NCBI GenBank assembly: GCA_973895155.1
Contig: OZ316893.1
Span: 8,681,839-8,745,838, forward strand
From: Marsupella aquatica
Taxonomy: Eukaryota > Plantae > Marchantiophyta
Length of the DNA: 64,000 nt
Direction: 5' to 3'
Made by a program: the position numbers and the translations under genes. Every line of letters begins with the position of its first letter. The first letter of the stretch is position 1. Below the pieces are notes generated by a model that did not search any database, had not been told where the DNA came from, and worked only from the letters and a program-made list of their open reading frames with translations. Below, in pieces: positions 12,503-27,075 of the stretch.

Positions 12503-15500
12503 TTAGAAGGGACTAACTATATGAGCTAAATATAGCAAAATTTCAGGAACCAGGCGAGGGCGTAATGGAGCTTTTGCATCCCTCGCTTTTGCTTGTTCAT
12601 CATTCGCATGGAAAACTGCCATGAAGTCATCAAATAGGGCATCATGGCCTCCACGCATTGGATCCTGCCAAGTGAGAAAAAGATCGTTGGCGGCTCAGCT
12701 TGAACAGGTCCATGCAACTCGGACGAATGACTTGGTTTGATATCTAGCTCGTCAAATACTCAAAATTTATCCACAATGATAGTGCAACAGCAAGAACAGT
12801 ATATTCATAATGATGATCCGCACCAGCCAACAAGATCGTATTTTCTCAGAGCTAATTAGCATTATGATACTCATCTTCACAAAGGCAGGAGGATATCTGG
12901 CACTAGGCTCTATGCGACTAATTTCAATTGTCGAAGACATCAGAAATTAAACCAAGTAGACAGACTGGGCTATGGTGCAAATTATTTACCTGTAAAATGA
13001 CATCTGTGTGTGTCTTACCAGGATACAGTTTCGTGCCAACTGTTGCACCTAGTTGTTGGAGAACAGATCCGAAACTTTCACTGGCATAACCATGTCCATG
13101 CATTAGTTATCTACTTGTGGAAAGTGTGACCATCAGCAGGACCACGTTCTCCAGTTGAAGATGGATTACTCTTCATTAAAATTAGTTACCAAGAGTCCTC
13201 GGCAAGGATATCCTCAATCCATTGTAACTGTCAATGACTACCAGTCCCATGTTCTGAAATTGAAGTTTTCAAGTCCAAACATTCATGTCTAAACTTTACC
13301 TAGCCTCAGATGGTATTGTATAGTCTCCAGTGCCGTGAAAAAGGTAGATTGGAGGCAAGAGAGGAAGTGCCGGGACAAATGCTTCAGTTTGAACCGCCAA
13401 CTCTGGAGAGTATAGTGGCAATGATGACTCTCCTTCCATGAGGCTACAGAACGAAAATATCAATTCGCCAAAGCTTAGAATTACAGGTCATGACAACAGG
13501 CGAGCCACACGACACATCGAACCTCTGAGGAATGACGAGGACAATCCAGGAAAGCGATCCATACTCGCCACACAACTCCCATTGGCAGTCGAACAGTGCT
13601 TACTTCACATTAAAAATAGGTTAAAATTATAGGGCCTTGGCTGATTCCCATCCCAGCAGTATTTGTAACGACCTAGCATGGTAAACCTGGTCTTCAAAAA
13701 CAATGATCAATACCTGAAAAGTGTGTTGCGATGAAGACCCCTTTTCTGAAAGTGGTCCACCAATGAGGGTAAATTATACCTATAAAACATTCATTAAATT
13801 AATCGTCATCAGAAAGGACTCGTTAATTTTAATATCGTGCATTGAAACTATTGCTGAGAAAAGAGAAGAAAAAGGACACCATAATCGAACAAACACCGGA
13901 GATTTCAGTCATTGAAGGTGCGTACCCTCCAGACACACCCAAAAAAGCTTTGATTTGACTAGTTTTCCATGTAATTGCTGCTTCCCTGTTCCCTGTCTCG
14001 ATTTGAGCTTGAGCTACCAGGGCACATGCACCTATGTGGCTTCCTGCTGATTGACCTGCTAGATATATTCTGATGCAAGGAAATCAAGAACAATAGTGAG
14101 ATCCTTCTGAATTCTTCTCTCATGATATTAGTCCGAATTACCATTCTGTTTAATGGCTGTATCATTATCATTTGGCATTGTTTGAAAACATGATCATTAC
14201 CGCTTACAAACATAATCAACTGTTGTGACGCATTCAATTAGTATTAGTGTTACTGGCAAGTGGGACCATATTCGAAGATCAAATGACGGATAGAGCACCT
14301 GTGCGGATCACCTCCGAACTGATCGATATTGTTCACGATAAATCCGATGCCCGTAGAAACGTCTTGAACCATGTCACTTATCTTCCCTTGGGGAAAGTTC
14401 CTGCATTTTCAGAGGTCTGAATTTTTGACAGGGAAAACTAGGCCATTGCTTTTAAGGTAACAAATTGCAGTCCACAGAAACTCAGTGAAGACTTTAATCA
14501 GCAAGCATCCAGCAGTAAGAAAACTCAGACCTGTAGTCGACGCAGCACACCATAACATCCCGTTCACTCAACTGGATTCCGAGAAGAGCACCCCAGGCCC
14601 TGTACCTGTAAATAGAAATCCAAATCTCTTCATCCACAAAAATTTTCTTCTCAGCAGAGGATTCTGCACGTAACTAAGATGTCTCATCAACATAGTTCAT
14701 TTTGATTCCCTTCCCTGAAAATCGTCTTCTCACGTAACATACTATGCAGGAAGACAGTTAGCAAAAGATTGTAAAGCAACGAGCTTAACCCCATGGAGTG
14801 CTATTTGAAATTTCCCTCTCCTACATGTTGCAAGTACGGTGGGTGGCATGGGCGCCTTCCACTGGCAAAAGAGCATAGCAAGATTTCTGGAATTGTAGTA
14901 TTTATGGTCAATCTTATCTTTGATCCAACGGATGGGTCTATTACTGGTAGACCAGCACTGAATGGCCATGTGCTACGATAACTTTGGGTTCAATCTATTC
15001 TGACATCATAAACGGGAACTGTCGAAAGCCTCAATACACAATCACTCAAGGTACAAGGTTATGATTACCACCAATTGCAGAGTAAAAAACCGTACCCAAT
15101 AGTCCATGCACCGCCCGTGACGAATATCAATACTTGCTTTGGAGACCTTACGTCCTCTGGAGCGTACAAATCCAATCTGTTTGGAATTTCGGAGTTATCA
15201 GCAGCAGGTGATAAGGTAACTGATGGAGAATTTATGAATAATGTAAATCTGATTGTAAGCATCAATATTTAGGATACATTCTATTCTAGCAGCACGCTGC
15301 TTAGTTAATTAGTTTGAAAACGAGCTGTTACTTCTACAATTTCGTTCAGAAGTCCATAACTCCGATGACATGGCAAGGAAAGGACGCAGATAACCATCGC
15401 AATAACGCGTTTCTAGCATGCTTTCCGTAAACAATGCCATGACGTGTATCCTTTGAAAAGAATTATTGGTATCCATCGATCTGCTAGATTCCGGAAACAA

Positions 15501-16709
15501 GATTGCAACGGAAGGATACCTGTAGATAAGTATCGCAATTACCTATTTCTAGCATGATTTCCGTAAGCAATGCCGCGATGTATATTCTTTGAAAAGAAGT
15601 ATTGGTATCCAACTGGATCATTCCCACGGTAAGACAAATCAGCCCAGCTCAGCCCAGCAATTGTTTCATCATGCTCTCTCGCATGTTCTACTGACGATGG
15701 ACCATGATCTACAAAACTCCTCGGGAAGATGGGATTGTAGACAGGCAGCACTTAGCATCGAATAAATTGACAGAAGGGGCAGATTTAATGGTCTCTTCCC
15801 AAAGGACTCAGAGAACCCGCTGTTTTACTAACCTTGAACAAACCCTGGCATTAGAAACACGGCATACAGCCCGAGAGCTAAAACTATGGTTATCCATTGG
15901 TATCCAACCCTGCAGAGAGCAGCGAAGTCATTATGTAAGCCCATTCAGTCCGTCTGAGAAAGTCCTGTCGAACTATTCGATCAATGACTTCTAATTTTCA
16001 CATTACGGGCTTGAGATGTAGCCGCATCCAATCCGGTTCATACTAAAAGACCTTACAAGCAAACACAGCAAAACCCTCGACCAGAAAATTGGATCCCGAA
16101 AGGAATTTACAAATTGATTAGTTCACTTCACGTCAAGCGAACACGGGATTAGCAATGACAAAAAGTGTAGTGACCAATACATCAAAGCCGAACATGGATT
16201 AGCAATGACAAAAAGTGACGATATCCTAGTGACCAAGAGGGAACTTTCTTCTACGCCTGCGGAGTTGTAAACAACATTTGAATAGACTTCTTGTGCTCAT
16301 GAAATCAATATCAATTGAGAAAGAGCGATAGGCATTACCAGAGGTATCGAAGGAAACTTGAAGATAATTGTGAACACAAGAACGCTTTCCCTGCCGCCTG
16401 TTTAGAGGCTCCAATCGCAGCCTTTTCGATAAGATCTATTCTCGTTTCGAGTTGTTCTTGCATAAGAGGTTGCCCTTCGTCACGCCCATCCTCCACGAAA
16501 TTACGGGCCAGACGAATTTCACTCTCAACTCTGAGCAAAGGTACTTTGTCTATTGATGCTCCCTCATCCGTAACGTTTAGTATATCCACCGTCACATGAT
16601 TCGCATTCATATCGATGTCTTGGTCGACGGATTGGATCCGAATTCCACCCTCGAACGCGCTAATGTCTCGTCGACCTGGCGGGCGACCAGGCCTGGTCGA
16701 GCTAGACAT
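12503..16709 (-). CDS. ICME: Isoprenylcysteine alpha-carbonyl methylesterase (alpha/beta hydrolase), 11 exons
   Basis: Minus-strand exons give [70 protein letters not shown] (nucleophile), [31 protein letters not shown] and a last exon DPMRGG...[19 protein letters not shown] (12503-12664). ATG at 16709. Confidence 0.92.
15407..15476 (-). pseudogene. Degenerate duplicate of ICME exon 3 within intron 3
   Basis: Aligns to the real exon at 15543-15612. TAC has become TAA, and the acceptor AG is lost at the homologous position. Confidence 0.8.
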
Positions 16710-18399
16710 TTGAGGTCAACCACCCAGGTCTCAATACGACAGCTAGTGTGGCTACGACAGATTTCAAAGCAACGAGCGACGCTGAGAAGGATTGATTGAG
16801 CTTTGAGGACCTATCGATTTATCGAATGTCGGTCTTGTGTCTCTTCTTCCCCGACTGCTTCGGAAAGTCCACCACGGGTCATCCCGCATGTGGTGAGCGG
16901 AGGTGATTAGCTGACTGAAACCATTGAACACAACATACTGCCGAAGCTCCCTAACAGCAGCAGTTTCGCCTGCGGGTTTGTTGATCTGATCCCGCTGGCA
17001 ATATGATCCAATGTCATCGGAAGATTATAATGCTTCGTTGACACGCGAAAGACTTTGCGTGCTCGCGTCAAGTTGAATCTCCCTTAATATCATATTCGAG
17101 GGAACTCTATAAATTTCAACCTGAAACCGCGGGACAGGGTCGAGCTCATCAAGACTTTCCAAGTGATCCATCGTCGAAAAAACGTGGCACGACAAGCCAA
17201 GACCAACGCCAGGACCAACGTAGAAATCGATTGTGCCTCTTGTTTAAGAAGTCCACATCCACCGACGATTTTGCCTTACTATTCAAATTAGTAGTACCCA
17301 ATTCCAGAGCAGGGTAAGCGTTGAGGCGGGGCGCAGACCTAGATGCCCAGTAGAATATTCAAATCAGTAGGTGCCTATTACAGAGCAGGATAAGTGTTGA
17401 AGCGATAGGCCCAGTAGAATTCTAGTCTCCTCGTGTATGACTCAGGACCCGGCCATTCGGAAATTGTTAGCTGAGCATTGAATGATCTTACACAGGCGTT
17501 AATTCGGGAGCTAACGAATTTTCTGGTTTCGTTGCTCTGGAGAGATCCTTCTACCCCGGAAACAAGGTGATGCGCCTTGCGATATAAATCACACCAGGCA
17601 CAGTCAAGAGCGCACTGAGAGTCTACTCGTCTGATCCTCAATTCTATTCCTTCACGTTCAGCAGCAGCAGATGCACCAGATCAATGCTTCTGACGGCACA
17701 TCACCTCTCTCTGCCTGGACCGATTTCAAAGAATTCCATTCCAAGGAAAAGGTCGGGGGATTAATGCTCTTGACAGCACATCCACATCTCTCCCAGATCC
17801 TTGGTAAAAGAAAGCGCCAACGCATCTGTCATCTCCACCAACTCGATGCAAGATGAATTGGCTATCCCGACTTCACTCATGAATGAATTGCGAGGCGATG
17901 TCGACCATTGCACGGTTCATCGCCAAATCAACCTCGCCTAGAATGATCACAACCCACTTGGAAGGACACCATTGAACTGTGCAGATCCAGACAATCAAAT
18001 TGCAATTCGCTGGCCCCCAAAATCAGCAGTGCTGGGCGGCTCTTGAGAAAGTTGAGATCGACTGATCGCTGGTGCCATCAAACGGACCAAATCGGAGTTG
18101 TTGTGCAGCTACCGTGTAGCGCGTGTGCATCGGACAGTTTAGCATAGAGCAATGTTCACACTTCACAAACGATAGCTTCAAGTTGATGACGAGAAAGAGC
18201 ATCTCCATTGTTGCAATCAGTCCAGATCGAGGGAACTGGAATTCACAAACGAGAGCTTCAAATTGATGACGAGGAACAGCATCTCCTTTGTTGCAATCAG
18301 TCCAGATCGGCGGAAGAGAGACTTTTGACCAGTTGGACATATGTTTGGCAATGACCCACATTGCTAATGATAGTAGGGGGTTTCAAAGTTGACAATTTG

Positions 18400-18552
18400 A
18401 TCACCTTAACTCCTTAGTTAGTTATTTTCTATATTTATTTTAGTGGGAAATTTGTGAAACCCCACATAAGTGTAATAGTCAGCCACAACATTTGAACTCT
18501 AGACCTATGAATCTCAACTCAAGTTAACTACCACACAACCATGTCTCTCTCG
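18400..18552 (-). mobile_element. Possible tRNA-derived SINE (related copy at about 39970-40090)
   Basis: Minus strand has an A-box-like TGGTTGTGTGG and a B-box-like GTTCAAAT. The motif cacaacatttgaac and upstream tgaaaccc are shared with 39975-40035. Confidence 0.35.
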
Positions 18553-19249
18553 ACACCTTAACTCCTTTGTTATGATGGGTTATGGACACAAAAAGTTATG
18601 GGTTAAGTACACAAAACCTTAAATCCTAAACCATATACTTTTTGTGATAAGGATTGGTCTTATGCCATAACCAATAGTAACTGTAGAGGCTGGTGAAAGG
18701 AAAAACAACAAAAAAAATCAGACACTCTTGTGAAAAAGTTATGACCCAATGCCTCATCTGTAGTTTCCAAGTTTTGAGACTCCCTAGTGTAGACATGAAT
18801 TGCCTCTAGCTCAGTGATAGAGCACTACTATATATACAGGAGGTCCTAGGTATTTCTAGTCGGTCCATGTTGTTGAAAGCTCCTATAGATACGGGAGGTG
18901 CTAGGTATTTCTAGCCGGTCCATACTGTGGAAAGTTCCAACAACGTGCAGGCGGGTGCGGGATGGGACTGATTTTCTAGCCGGTTCATGCTGTTGAAAGT
19001 TCGAACAACGTGGAGGCAGGCAGGCAGGATGGGACCGACTGCGAGTTGGCTCCAATTCTGTTGTTCCTCACCATCCTCTTCTACAACTTTTAATTTCTTT
19101 TCCCTTGAGACCAAAATCCAACCCATCCTAAATCCTAAAGAGGATAGACTATCTACTATTTTTTGCCTTGACGACTGGGGGTGCAGCATGTTGAAGCGTG
19201 TGTGAATGGGGGTTATGGGGAACTTTCTCACGAGTGATCCAGAGGAAAA

Positions 19250-19530
19250 CACCAAACTCAAATGCAAACCCCTGAAAGGCCCATTTTACAAACGCCAAAC
19301 AAAGTACAACAAATGCAAATCCCCAAAAACTAGAAAGACGAGAAAAAGGAATAGATAAAATCAAGGAAGGAAGAGACAGATAACAAATGCACCAAATTCA
19401 AATGCAAACCCCTGAAAGGACCATTTTACAAGGGCCAAACAAAGTACCACAAATGCAAATCCCCAAAAACCTACAAAGACGAGAAAGGAAAACGATAAAA
19501 TCAAGGAAAGACGAGACAGATAACAAATGC
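19250..19530. repeat. Direct tandem repeat, about 140 bp x2
   Basis: caccaaa(c/t)tcaaatgcaaacccctgaaagg...gagacagataacaaatgc occurs twice back to back. Confidence 0.85.
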
Positions 19531-20196
19531 AACCCGCTCAGGTATTGTATGATGCGAGCAGACACAAAAACATTTATAGTTAGGAGAGTATTGTTAGAGT
19601 GTCAGTAATTGTTTTTTGGTTTTTGTTGAATTTTGTATGTCTTGTGCATTTGTAAGACTCCATATCCATATATTAACAAGTTTGTTAGACAAGAAAAAAG
19701 TCCCCAAATTTGGTTTTACTAACCAAGTTTTGGCTACAGTAGCTGTAGGGAATAAGTTTCCTAGCCAAGTGAGGGGTTTTCCTCAGGGTTTCTTCCTCCT
19801 AAAAAGAACACTTTCCTGTTTGCTCGCATGCTGCAAATTACCCCTTGATTACTAAGAACTCACTTTTTCTGGAGACTTGTTTTCAAAGCGAAGAGATTTA
19901 GCTATCTTACTTATAAATCTCCAACTACAAGCTAGAGTTGGGGCCTAGGTTTCTAGAGTGAAGCCTCTAGACCGTAACTCCATGGCTCATCATGTGGATG
20001 AGAAAACTGATGTCTATGATGTATGTCATGTCAAATGATAATCATGACTGATTTCTATTTATATTAAAAATTGATCTCTATGGCCCCACCATATTATATG
20101 TGCATAAGTTGGATGTGGGATAGAAAATTTGAAAGTGGGATGTGCATAGAAAAGAGTACTATGGTATGTTATGTATGATTATTAAAATGATGATAT

Positions 20197-20439
20197 GCAT
20201 GATAATTTTTTATCATTTCATTAACCTTCAAAACATGTGAATAAGGAATATATTTTGGTGACATTTTTATTGTCCTCCCCGCTATTCACGTTCAAAGAAA
20301 TGGGTAGTCGGGGCTAGTGCATGATAATTTTTTATCATTTCACTAACCTTCAAAACATGTGAATAAGGAATATATTTTGGTGACATTTTTATTGTCATCC
20401 CCACTATTCATGTTCAAAGAACGGGTAGTCGGGGCTAGT
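20197..20439. repeat. Direct tandem repeat, about 122 bp x2
   Basis: gcatgataattttttatcatttca...gggtagtcggggctagt is duplicated. Confidence 0.88.
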
Positions 20440-23059
20440 CCTCCTAAAAAAACAATCCAGAAACATATAATCTCACTCAAGCGGAACTCAAAGGCCTCCT
20501 TGAAGTTTGCAAAACTTGACTATCGGTGCAGAGTCAGAAGGTCCATGCTTGTGAAGTGAGTACGATAGCAAGGTCCAAGTGTAGACATTTGTCTATAATT
20601 ATGGCACAAAACTGATTGGTCTCCTTTCACTAGTCCAAAGATTTTGGTTGCGTGACTCATGGCTGCCTTTCAAAAAATTCTACAACAGATTAGGAAAACG
20701 TTGTTCCCTGATATAACAAATGAAATTTCATGACGGTCAGAGCAAAACTATCTATACAACAAAAACCAAATCTCACACCAAGACCCACAATGCATTAAGT
20801 CCAGAAACAGTGATGGGCTTTAATAATATACCCCCACTATGCTGGAATTCACAGTTGGCGATAATCTTTCAGCGAGCTTTCTATGATTGTAACAAATGTG
20901 ACAAGGAAAACTGCACACACAGGCAGCAACGTAAGATGGAATAAGTTGGAGGCAAGAGATGAAATTCATACTTCCCAATCCTCTCCTTGAAGGCAGCAAC
21001 TTTGTCCATCGGTGTCCTTGCTTGGACAATAAAGTCAATAGCATCGCTGAGGTAACAGCGCTCCTGCCAAACCAGTACATTACAAAAATGACAATCCTAC
21101 GATTGATCGTTTTGCTTCATAAAGCACTACTTCAATGAACTTTGAGATCCATAAACTCTTAGCTCAATGAAGTCTTTTCTCCACCAGAACAAAAATGGGA
21201 GAACCATAACAAGCAGAGAACCCCAGAACTGGAATTTGAAGGCCCACGGACCACAAGGTTGGTCTTTGAACCCCCATGGACCACATTTCCCAAAATTGAG
21301 TTTCATTGTAATAACTTGATATTCATAAATTCAAATATATAGATTAGGGGATATGCTGGACGAGTAGGGTAAGTCAAGATGAATTCTTGGCCTTTTTCAT
21401 AGAGTTTTCAATCGTAAAATGCAAAGGGTTATATTTTATTGGAGGTTATCATGAAGTTATAATGCACCCAAAACTCCCATGGACAACCAACATGTAGTCC
21501 ACCGGAGCACAGTGTGGTCCATCTTGGCTTCAGTTTCCCCAAATCTGCAAAACCTTGCCCAAACCTATTTTACTCAGTAAGCCACCCCCGTGTTATGGTA
21601 GATGTTCATTTCACTATTTAAGTTAGCCATTGTATTCATTGTAAGGTGGCAATATGGTACTCAAATTAGTTTAGAGGGCAGTATTATAGTAATTTCATTC
21701 AATTTTAGGGGTGAAGTTGTGAAAAGTGAATTAGGGTGAGGGGCCTGTGTAAGGTTTTTACTATCCAATCCCCCGAACTAATTGGTTTTCTAAAATAACC
21801 CTCCAAAAGTAATTTAGTTATCAAGTTGCCCCCCATTTTGTATATGGGTTGAAGTTCATTTGCCGTTCCTGATCCTTCACCGATCACCATTGCTTATCGA
21901 GAAGAAGCAATCTCAACTGTCAAACTTTCTTCCAAAACCTTTCAGAACCACGCCCTAAACGCAGGGCAAAGAGCAAAAAGCACTATAGTAGTCAACACAC
22001 CAAGAGCCTAGCTATCAAAATTAAGTTCAGCAAACGGGCACTACCTTCTACTCCAAAAATGTCATTCCGGATCGAGCTCTAAGCATCAAACATTACACTG
22101 TTGGGGTACAGTGAAGCCAACAGAAATCCAAACATATCCTCGATCGTGCATCATCAAAACGTCCAGACTACACCTGCTACAATCCACCATAGAAGGCAAA
22201 GAGCACCAAACTAGTAACTCGCTTCTTCACCACACCTCAAGATTTTAAAATTGTTTTACCAGACTGGCAAGTTTTGAATTACTTGGTGTGGCACCAATCT
22301 ACAGTAAGGCCCTAACTGTAACCAGCCTAGCAAGTTTTGGTATAGAAACGATGTATAGTACAATTCCTATATTTTTTAGGAATTCTTGAAAGTGGTGGCA
22401 TATATATATGTTATGTTGACAAGGCGAGCCTAAATTTATAACTACCACGCTGATGCATAATTTTGGCATTACTTCAATTCCTATTTCTCATGTTACATGT
22501 TGTGTGAATCTTTTTGCTTTCTTTTACAATGAATCGCAACAGTCCAAGTAAAATGAAACCCCCCCTCACTTCCATGGAAGTGGCATATCATGTGCGACGA
22601 AGTATAGGGCCATTTAAATGGTTTTGGCAGAAATATAGGGTTGTTTAATTGCAAAATGCATACGTGTCATCACATGATTGGTGTCGTACAACTTTATAGA
22701 AAGTGACTTAGGGGGGTCATAAATGACCCAAACCGTCGCACGTGATGTATGACCCTTCATATAGTGACCCCCCCCAAGCGGATAATGACCACACTAGACG
22801 GTTGAGGGATATACTAGGGATTCCAGTTGACCAGACTTGCAAAATCTAGATTATTTGATGCAGCACTAATCTCTGTATAGTACCCAACCTCCCTCTATTT
22901 TCTGAAGAGTTTGTGAAAGATAGTGGTGGCATACTACTTTGAGAGGTGAACAGCTGTGCATTAGGAGTAAGGAGTGGGGCAGGAAATAAATTTCTAAGGA
23001 AAACTTGCATTCCAAAGAATTAAGAACTGTTTATCTTGAAATATTTACTTAGATGAATT

Positions 23060-23500
23060 TAAAAATAAAAAAAAATTCAACAAAGAAACTTTATTGAACA
23101 CAAAAGGAGAACAGTAACCCTGTCTGAGAGGGGGAGACAGGAAAACAAATGAAAACAAGGGCCACTGAAAGAAGGAGCATGCCCATAGAGAAGAGAAGGA
23201 GGGGACCCTCAAGACCAAACCACCTAAGGGGAGGAGGCAGAGGAGTGAGGAAAGAAAGCACCCCGGAAGGCGAGAAGACGCCAAGAGCTGAGCGAGAGAC
23301 TTCCCAAAAGATGGAACCTGAGACCACAAGCGGGAGCGAGAAACCAACCATGGGACCAAACCGGCAACCACCAATCTCCCTCTCCGTGTCAACCCTCCAT
23401 CATGCTGAACGCCTTCATATACGTCAAAACTCATCTCCGCAGCTGTGTCATTAGAACCTACACCAGAATCCAGAATCCCCTGTCTCCAATACATGGCTTG
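23060..23500 (-). mobile_element. 5'-truncated non-LTR (LINE-like) 3'-end remnant; same family as 52400-52464 plus 53580-53990
   Basis: The reverse complement aligns with 53590-53950 (gatggagg..gccacgg..gggaga..ggtggttgc..cccatggttggttt..ttctctatgggcatgctccttcttt) and ends in AATAAA followed by a simple-sequence tail. Confidence 0.55.
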
Positions 23501-25063
23501 AATACCCCTCATTCTGAGTTTACTTAGATGAATTGACAATGTGTCTGGGTGATTCCACTTTTTGAAATTCCATGATGGTGATAATTGAATATATACACTA
23601 CACCAGTGAGGGCTCAAGTGTTCACTCTTCTTTGTAGGGTCAAGGCTGTTGGTTTAAGGGCTTCTAGAATGAGAAATTCTTCTTCAGGACCCTCCTAGTA
23701 TGTGGTTTACTCTAGAGCTCTAGCAGCAGGCCAAGGCTCTACCCTGATTTCAGTTTGTTGCACAATAAGGCTTTTGTTCTTTTGCCACTGCTGGGAATTT
23801 TGGGGCTTTTTAGCTCTTTGGATTTCTTGGGTTTTCCCTGGCTTGCTCCCCTTCAATAGGGCCTTTATTAGGGTGTCTCAAACCAATTGTTTCCTGGTGT
23901 TTCCAGTCAGCCACTGCAGGGAAGTATTTTGTCCGCCACCTGTGGGGAAAACATAATCCAGGGGTTTTTGGCTCAAGACGGGTCACAAACCCCCACCAAT
24001 GTGTCAATTCAACATCGTCATTTCTAGATGGGTCCTTGATCTTTGTATTTTGTAGCCAAAAAACACTTAATGACAAACATATGCGTTAAGAAACCTCTTC
24101 TATATAATAAAACCTCACCTAGTTTGTTTTTCGGTTAAGCAAACTTTACTTAGAATTTCTGATATAGATGGAAAATCGCCATAAACCAGCCAGGCATTGA
24201 TATATAGCATGGAACATTTTTTAGTTGAGTATGTGATATGTAGATGGCCTGCTTTCTTTTTGGCATAGTATTTGTTAGATTGAGGGTGATACAAGAGTAG
24301 AAGTCCATATTCAACCATTATGACCAGGAAAATAAAAGTCTGTACAAAGGTAGTGAACAGCTGTGCACATAAGGTACATTATTTTGTCTCAATGACCAAT
24401 AATTGTACAATTCCAATATTCTATGGTACAAAGAAACAGATCCTCACTTGCCTTAGTGACGCTCAAATCAATTAAAACCAGAAGCTTAGGGAACAAATCA
24501 TAACTAAGAACTTTAAAAGATAAGGTATCCCACATGGTGTAGGATCATTTCTTTGGGTCAGTCATGGGAAGAGATAGAGTCTCTCGCAAGTTGTAGAAAT
24601 TCTTTCAATTTTGCTAATCGATTCACAAAATTGAAATCTTAACTTACTGTAAACTAAGAGCTTTGAGATAACAAACGTTAAAAATGGTCCATAATAAATA
24701 TAAAATATAAATGATACAAATGATGCAATTATTTAAGGCACATTGAAATAAAAATACACAACGGAAAATATGAATAAGACATAATATTGAAAGTTAGATT
24801 CACCATATGGCAGAATCAAAATTATGATAGACCTGTCAGTATAAATTAAGCATCCTGACTAAGGATTATAAATTAAGTTTCCAACTAAGGATTCTTGCAT
24901 ATACTTAGATGATTCTCAAAAAATAGGCCCTTAACTTAATTGATGGGACTCTCTGAGTGGACGAGACACTCATGCCTCCGCCTCTGCCTGAGGCAGGCCA
25001 GAGGGCAGCATTTCAGCATATTCAAGGGACAGAAATTTTCCAGTCTTTCAAGTCTCTACCTGT

Positions 25064-26038
25064 AAATCAAAAGTTATAAGACGAAGTTGAGCCAAAAAAA
25101 TGAAGTGGTACTCTTTCAAAGCGGCGTGCTGTTTTAGGTGGAAAAAATGAAAACCTGGAAAACTGGTGGAAGGAATAAACCAAAAGCAAATCATATTTGG
25201 TGTGCACTGTTTTCGAAGCAAGATGAAAAAGCGGGAACCGATCATGACCCTTGATCAAAATATATTCTTTACACTGTCCATCAGATCCATTCATACACCC
25301 CATATAAAACAGATGTCTGCCCAGGATGCCCTTTAGCATACCCGAACCTGCCCAAGATATAATTTAACCATAAATAGCTAAATTCATTTACATTTTAGTG
25401 TTTTAAATTGAAGTTTAAAAATTTGGAAAACAACTTTGAAACTTTGTTAAAATTTTGAATATAAATAAATTAATAATTAAAAAATGTACATATTTTTCCG
25501 GTCACATGGTTGTGTTTGGACTTTATGATGCAGTGGTCGTTACCTTGCATCTCCAATTTTTATGTGCAACAAAGAAGTCATTGAACAAAATGACAACAAC
25601 TACATGGTCGGATCATACCCCGGATCATACATAATATGCCTCAACAACAATGCAAAGCTTATATGTTTTGTCTTCCATTGATATGTTTTTTTAATCTTTA
25701 ATATTTATCTTTACTTAACATCTTTATCTTTTTTGACATTTTTTTCATATTGACGTCTTTATCTCACCACAATGTTTTTTCTCACCCTCAACAATTTACT
25801 CTCCTCCATATATTTTTCTCTCCTCAAGATCTTTCCTCACCTGACGTGATATATTTTCCTCACCTCGACATATTTTTCATCTCAACATCTTTTCATCTTG
25901 ACATCTTATCTTTTTCTAATCTTGACATCTTATCTTTTTCTCATCTTGACTTCTTTTATTCACCTCGACATCTTCTTTTTTCATTGACATTTTTTCTCAC
26001 CTTGATATCTTTTGTGCACTGCACAAGTGTCGAGCTAG
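25064..26038 (+). mobile_element. Non-autonomous Helitron-like repeat
   Basis: Ends in a hairpin ttgtgc-act-gcacaa, 8 nt, then CTAG followed by T (26035-26039). Contains an internal ~19-bp ttgacatcttttctcacc array. A diverged second copy lies at about 56498-57435. Confidence 0.6.
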
Positions 26039-26565
26039 TTTCTAATAAAACAAATGAAAAACTGCTAGTTTCTAATTAAAACAAATGAAACACTTCTTTT
26101 GTTCCTCATCTGTGAAGACTGGCATACATTTTCTACCTACATTATTTGCTATGCATTTTGTAACCTACAATGTACAATGTAGGAGTGGTAAGGGCCTATT
26201 TCTTAAAAACCTTTTACATACAAGACGGTACTAAAGAAAGGGGGATAAAACTACACAAAACTATGGGACTCTCTTGTTCACCTGGTGGGCTGCTCTCGAA
26301 GATTCCCGTCGTTGTATTGTACGTGAGAGACATCTACAGTAATTTTCGATTTCAGAAAATCCGAATTCGCATCGTGAAGGATTGATTCATGCACCATCTC
26401 CTCTTTGGAGCTTGTGCCCTTTTGGAGGAACATGTTGAATTCTAACATCAGCAAGTCAGTTCGATACAGTCTGACGAAGGAAATGTCGGACGAAGGATCC
26501 CGTCGACTCACTCCTTCCTGGTCTCCTTCCTGGTCCTTCAAACTCTATTTCGCTTCCTACATGCA

Positions 26566-27075
26566 TGTCAGTCAAAGTAAGTACTGTCTAAAACCATTCT
26601 ACGTAGATCCCACAAAATGGAAACAATTGACTCAAACCCATTGAACCACTTGGATCTTTGGGTCTACATAGAAAGCCAAGTCAACAATGAATTTGAAACT
26701 AAGAGTATGACGGCTCATGGTCTAATTAAGATGGCTGGACTGAGTTAAAACTCAAACTCAGACCCAGACCACTCCTTCCGGTCTAGATTGACTCTTGGGC
26801 TAAATTGAGCCAACAAAAGAAGTCTTGATTTGAGAGTGCATGAAGCTAAGTCAAACAACAGCCTCAATCTGAGAGGGTAAATGGTCTTAATAAGACGGCT
26901 TGACTAGAAAAGTCCAGCCAAGACCAAATCACTCAACCAGGTTTTAGATTGACTTTTGGACTCAATTCACTCACCTATATAAACAAGAGAGCTCAGAGCC
27001 ACAATGCACTCTGAATGTCTTTCACCACTCTTGAGTCTCTCAAACTTGTTGGTTTTTTTGGTTCCTCCATTCACA
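26566..27075 (+). repeat. 5' LTR (510 bp)
   Basis: tgtcagtcaaag...ccattcaca. TATA-like tatataaa near 26976. Degenerate internal U3 duplication (about 26717-26810 vs 26881-26970). Confidence 0.96.

Noticed and set aside
12526-12717. 63-aa ORF listed in the track
   Set aside because: Wrong frame of the last ICME exon. The true frame reads DPMRGG...VSPF*.
23045-23617. 190-aa ORF and the similar ORFs at 53326-54034
   Set aside because: Low-complexity translations of a dispersed repeat remnant.
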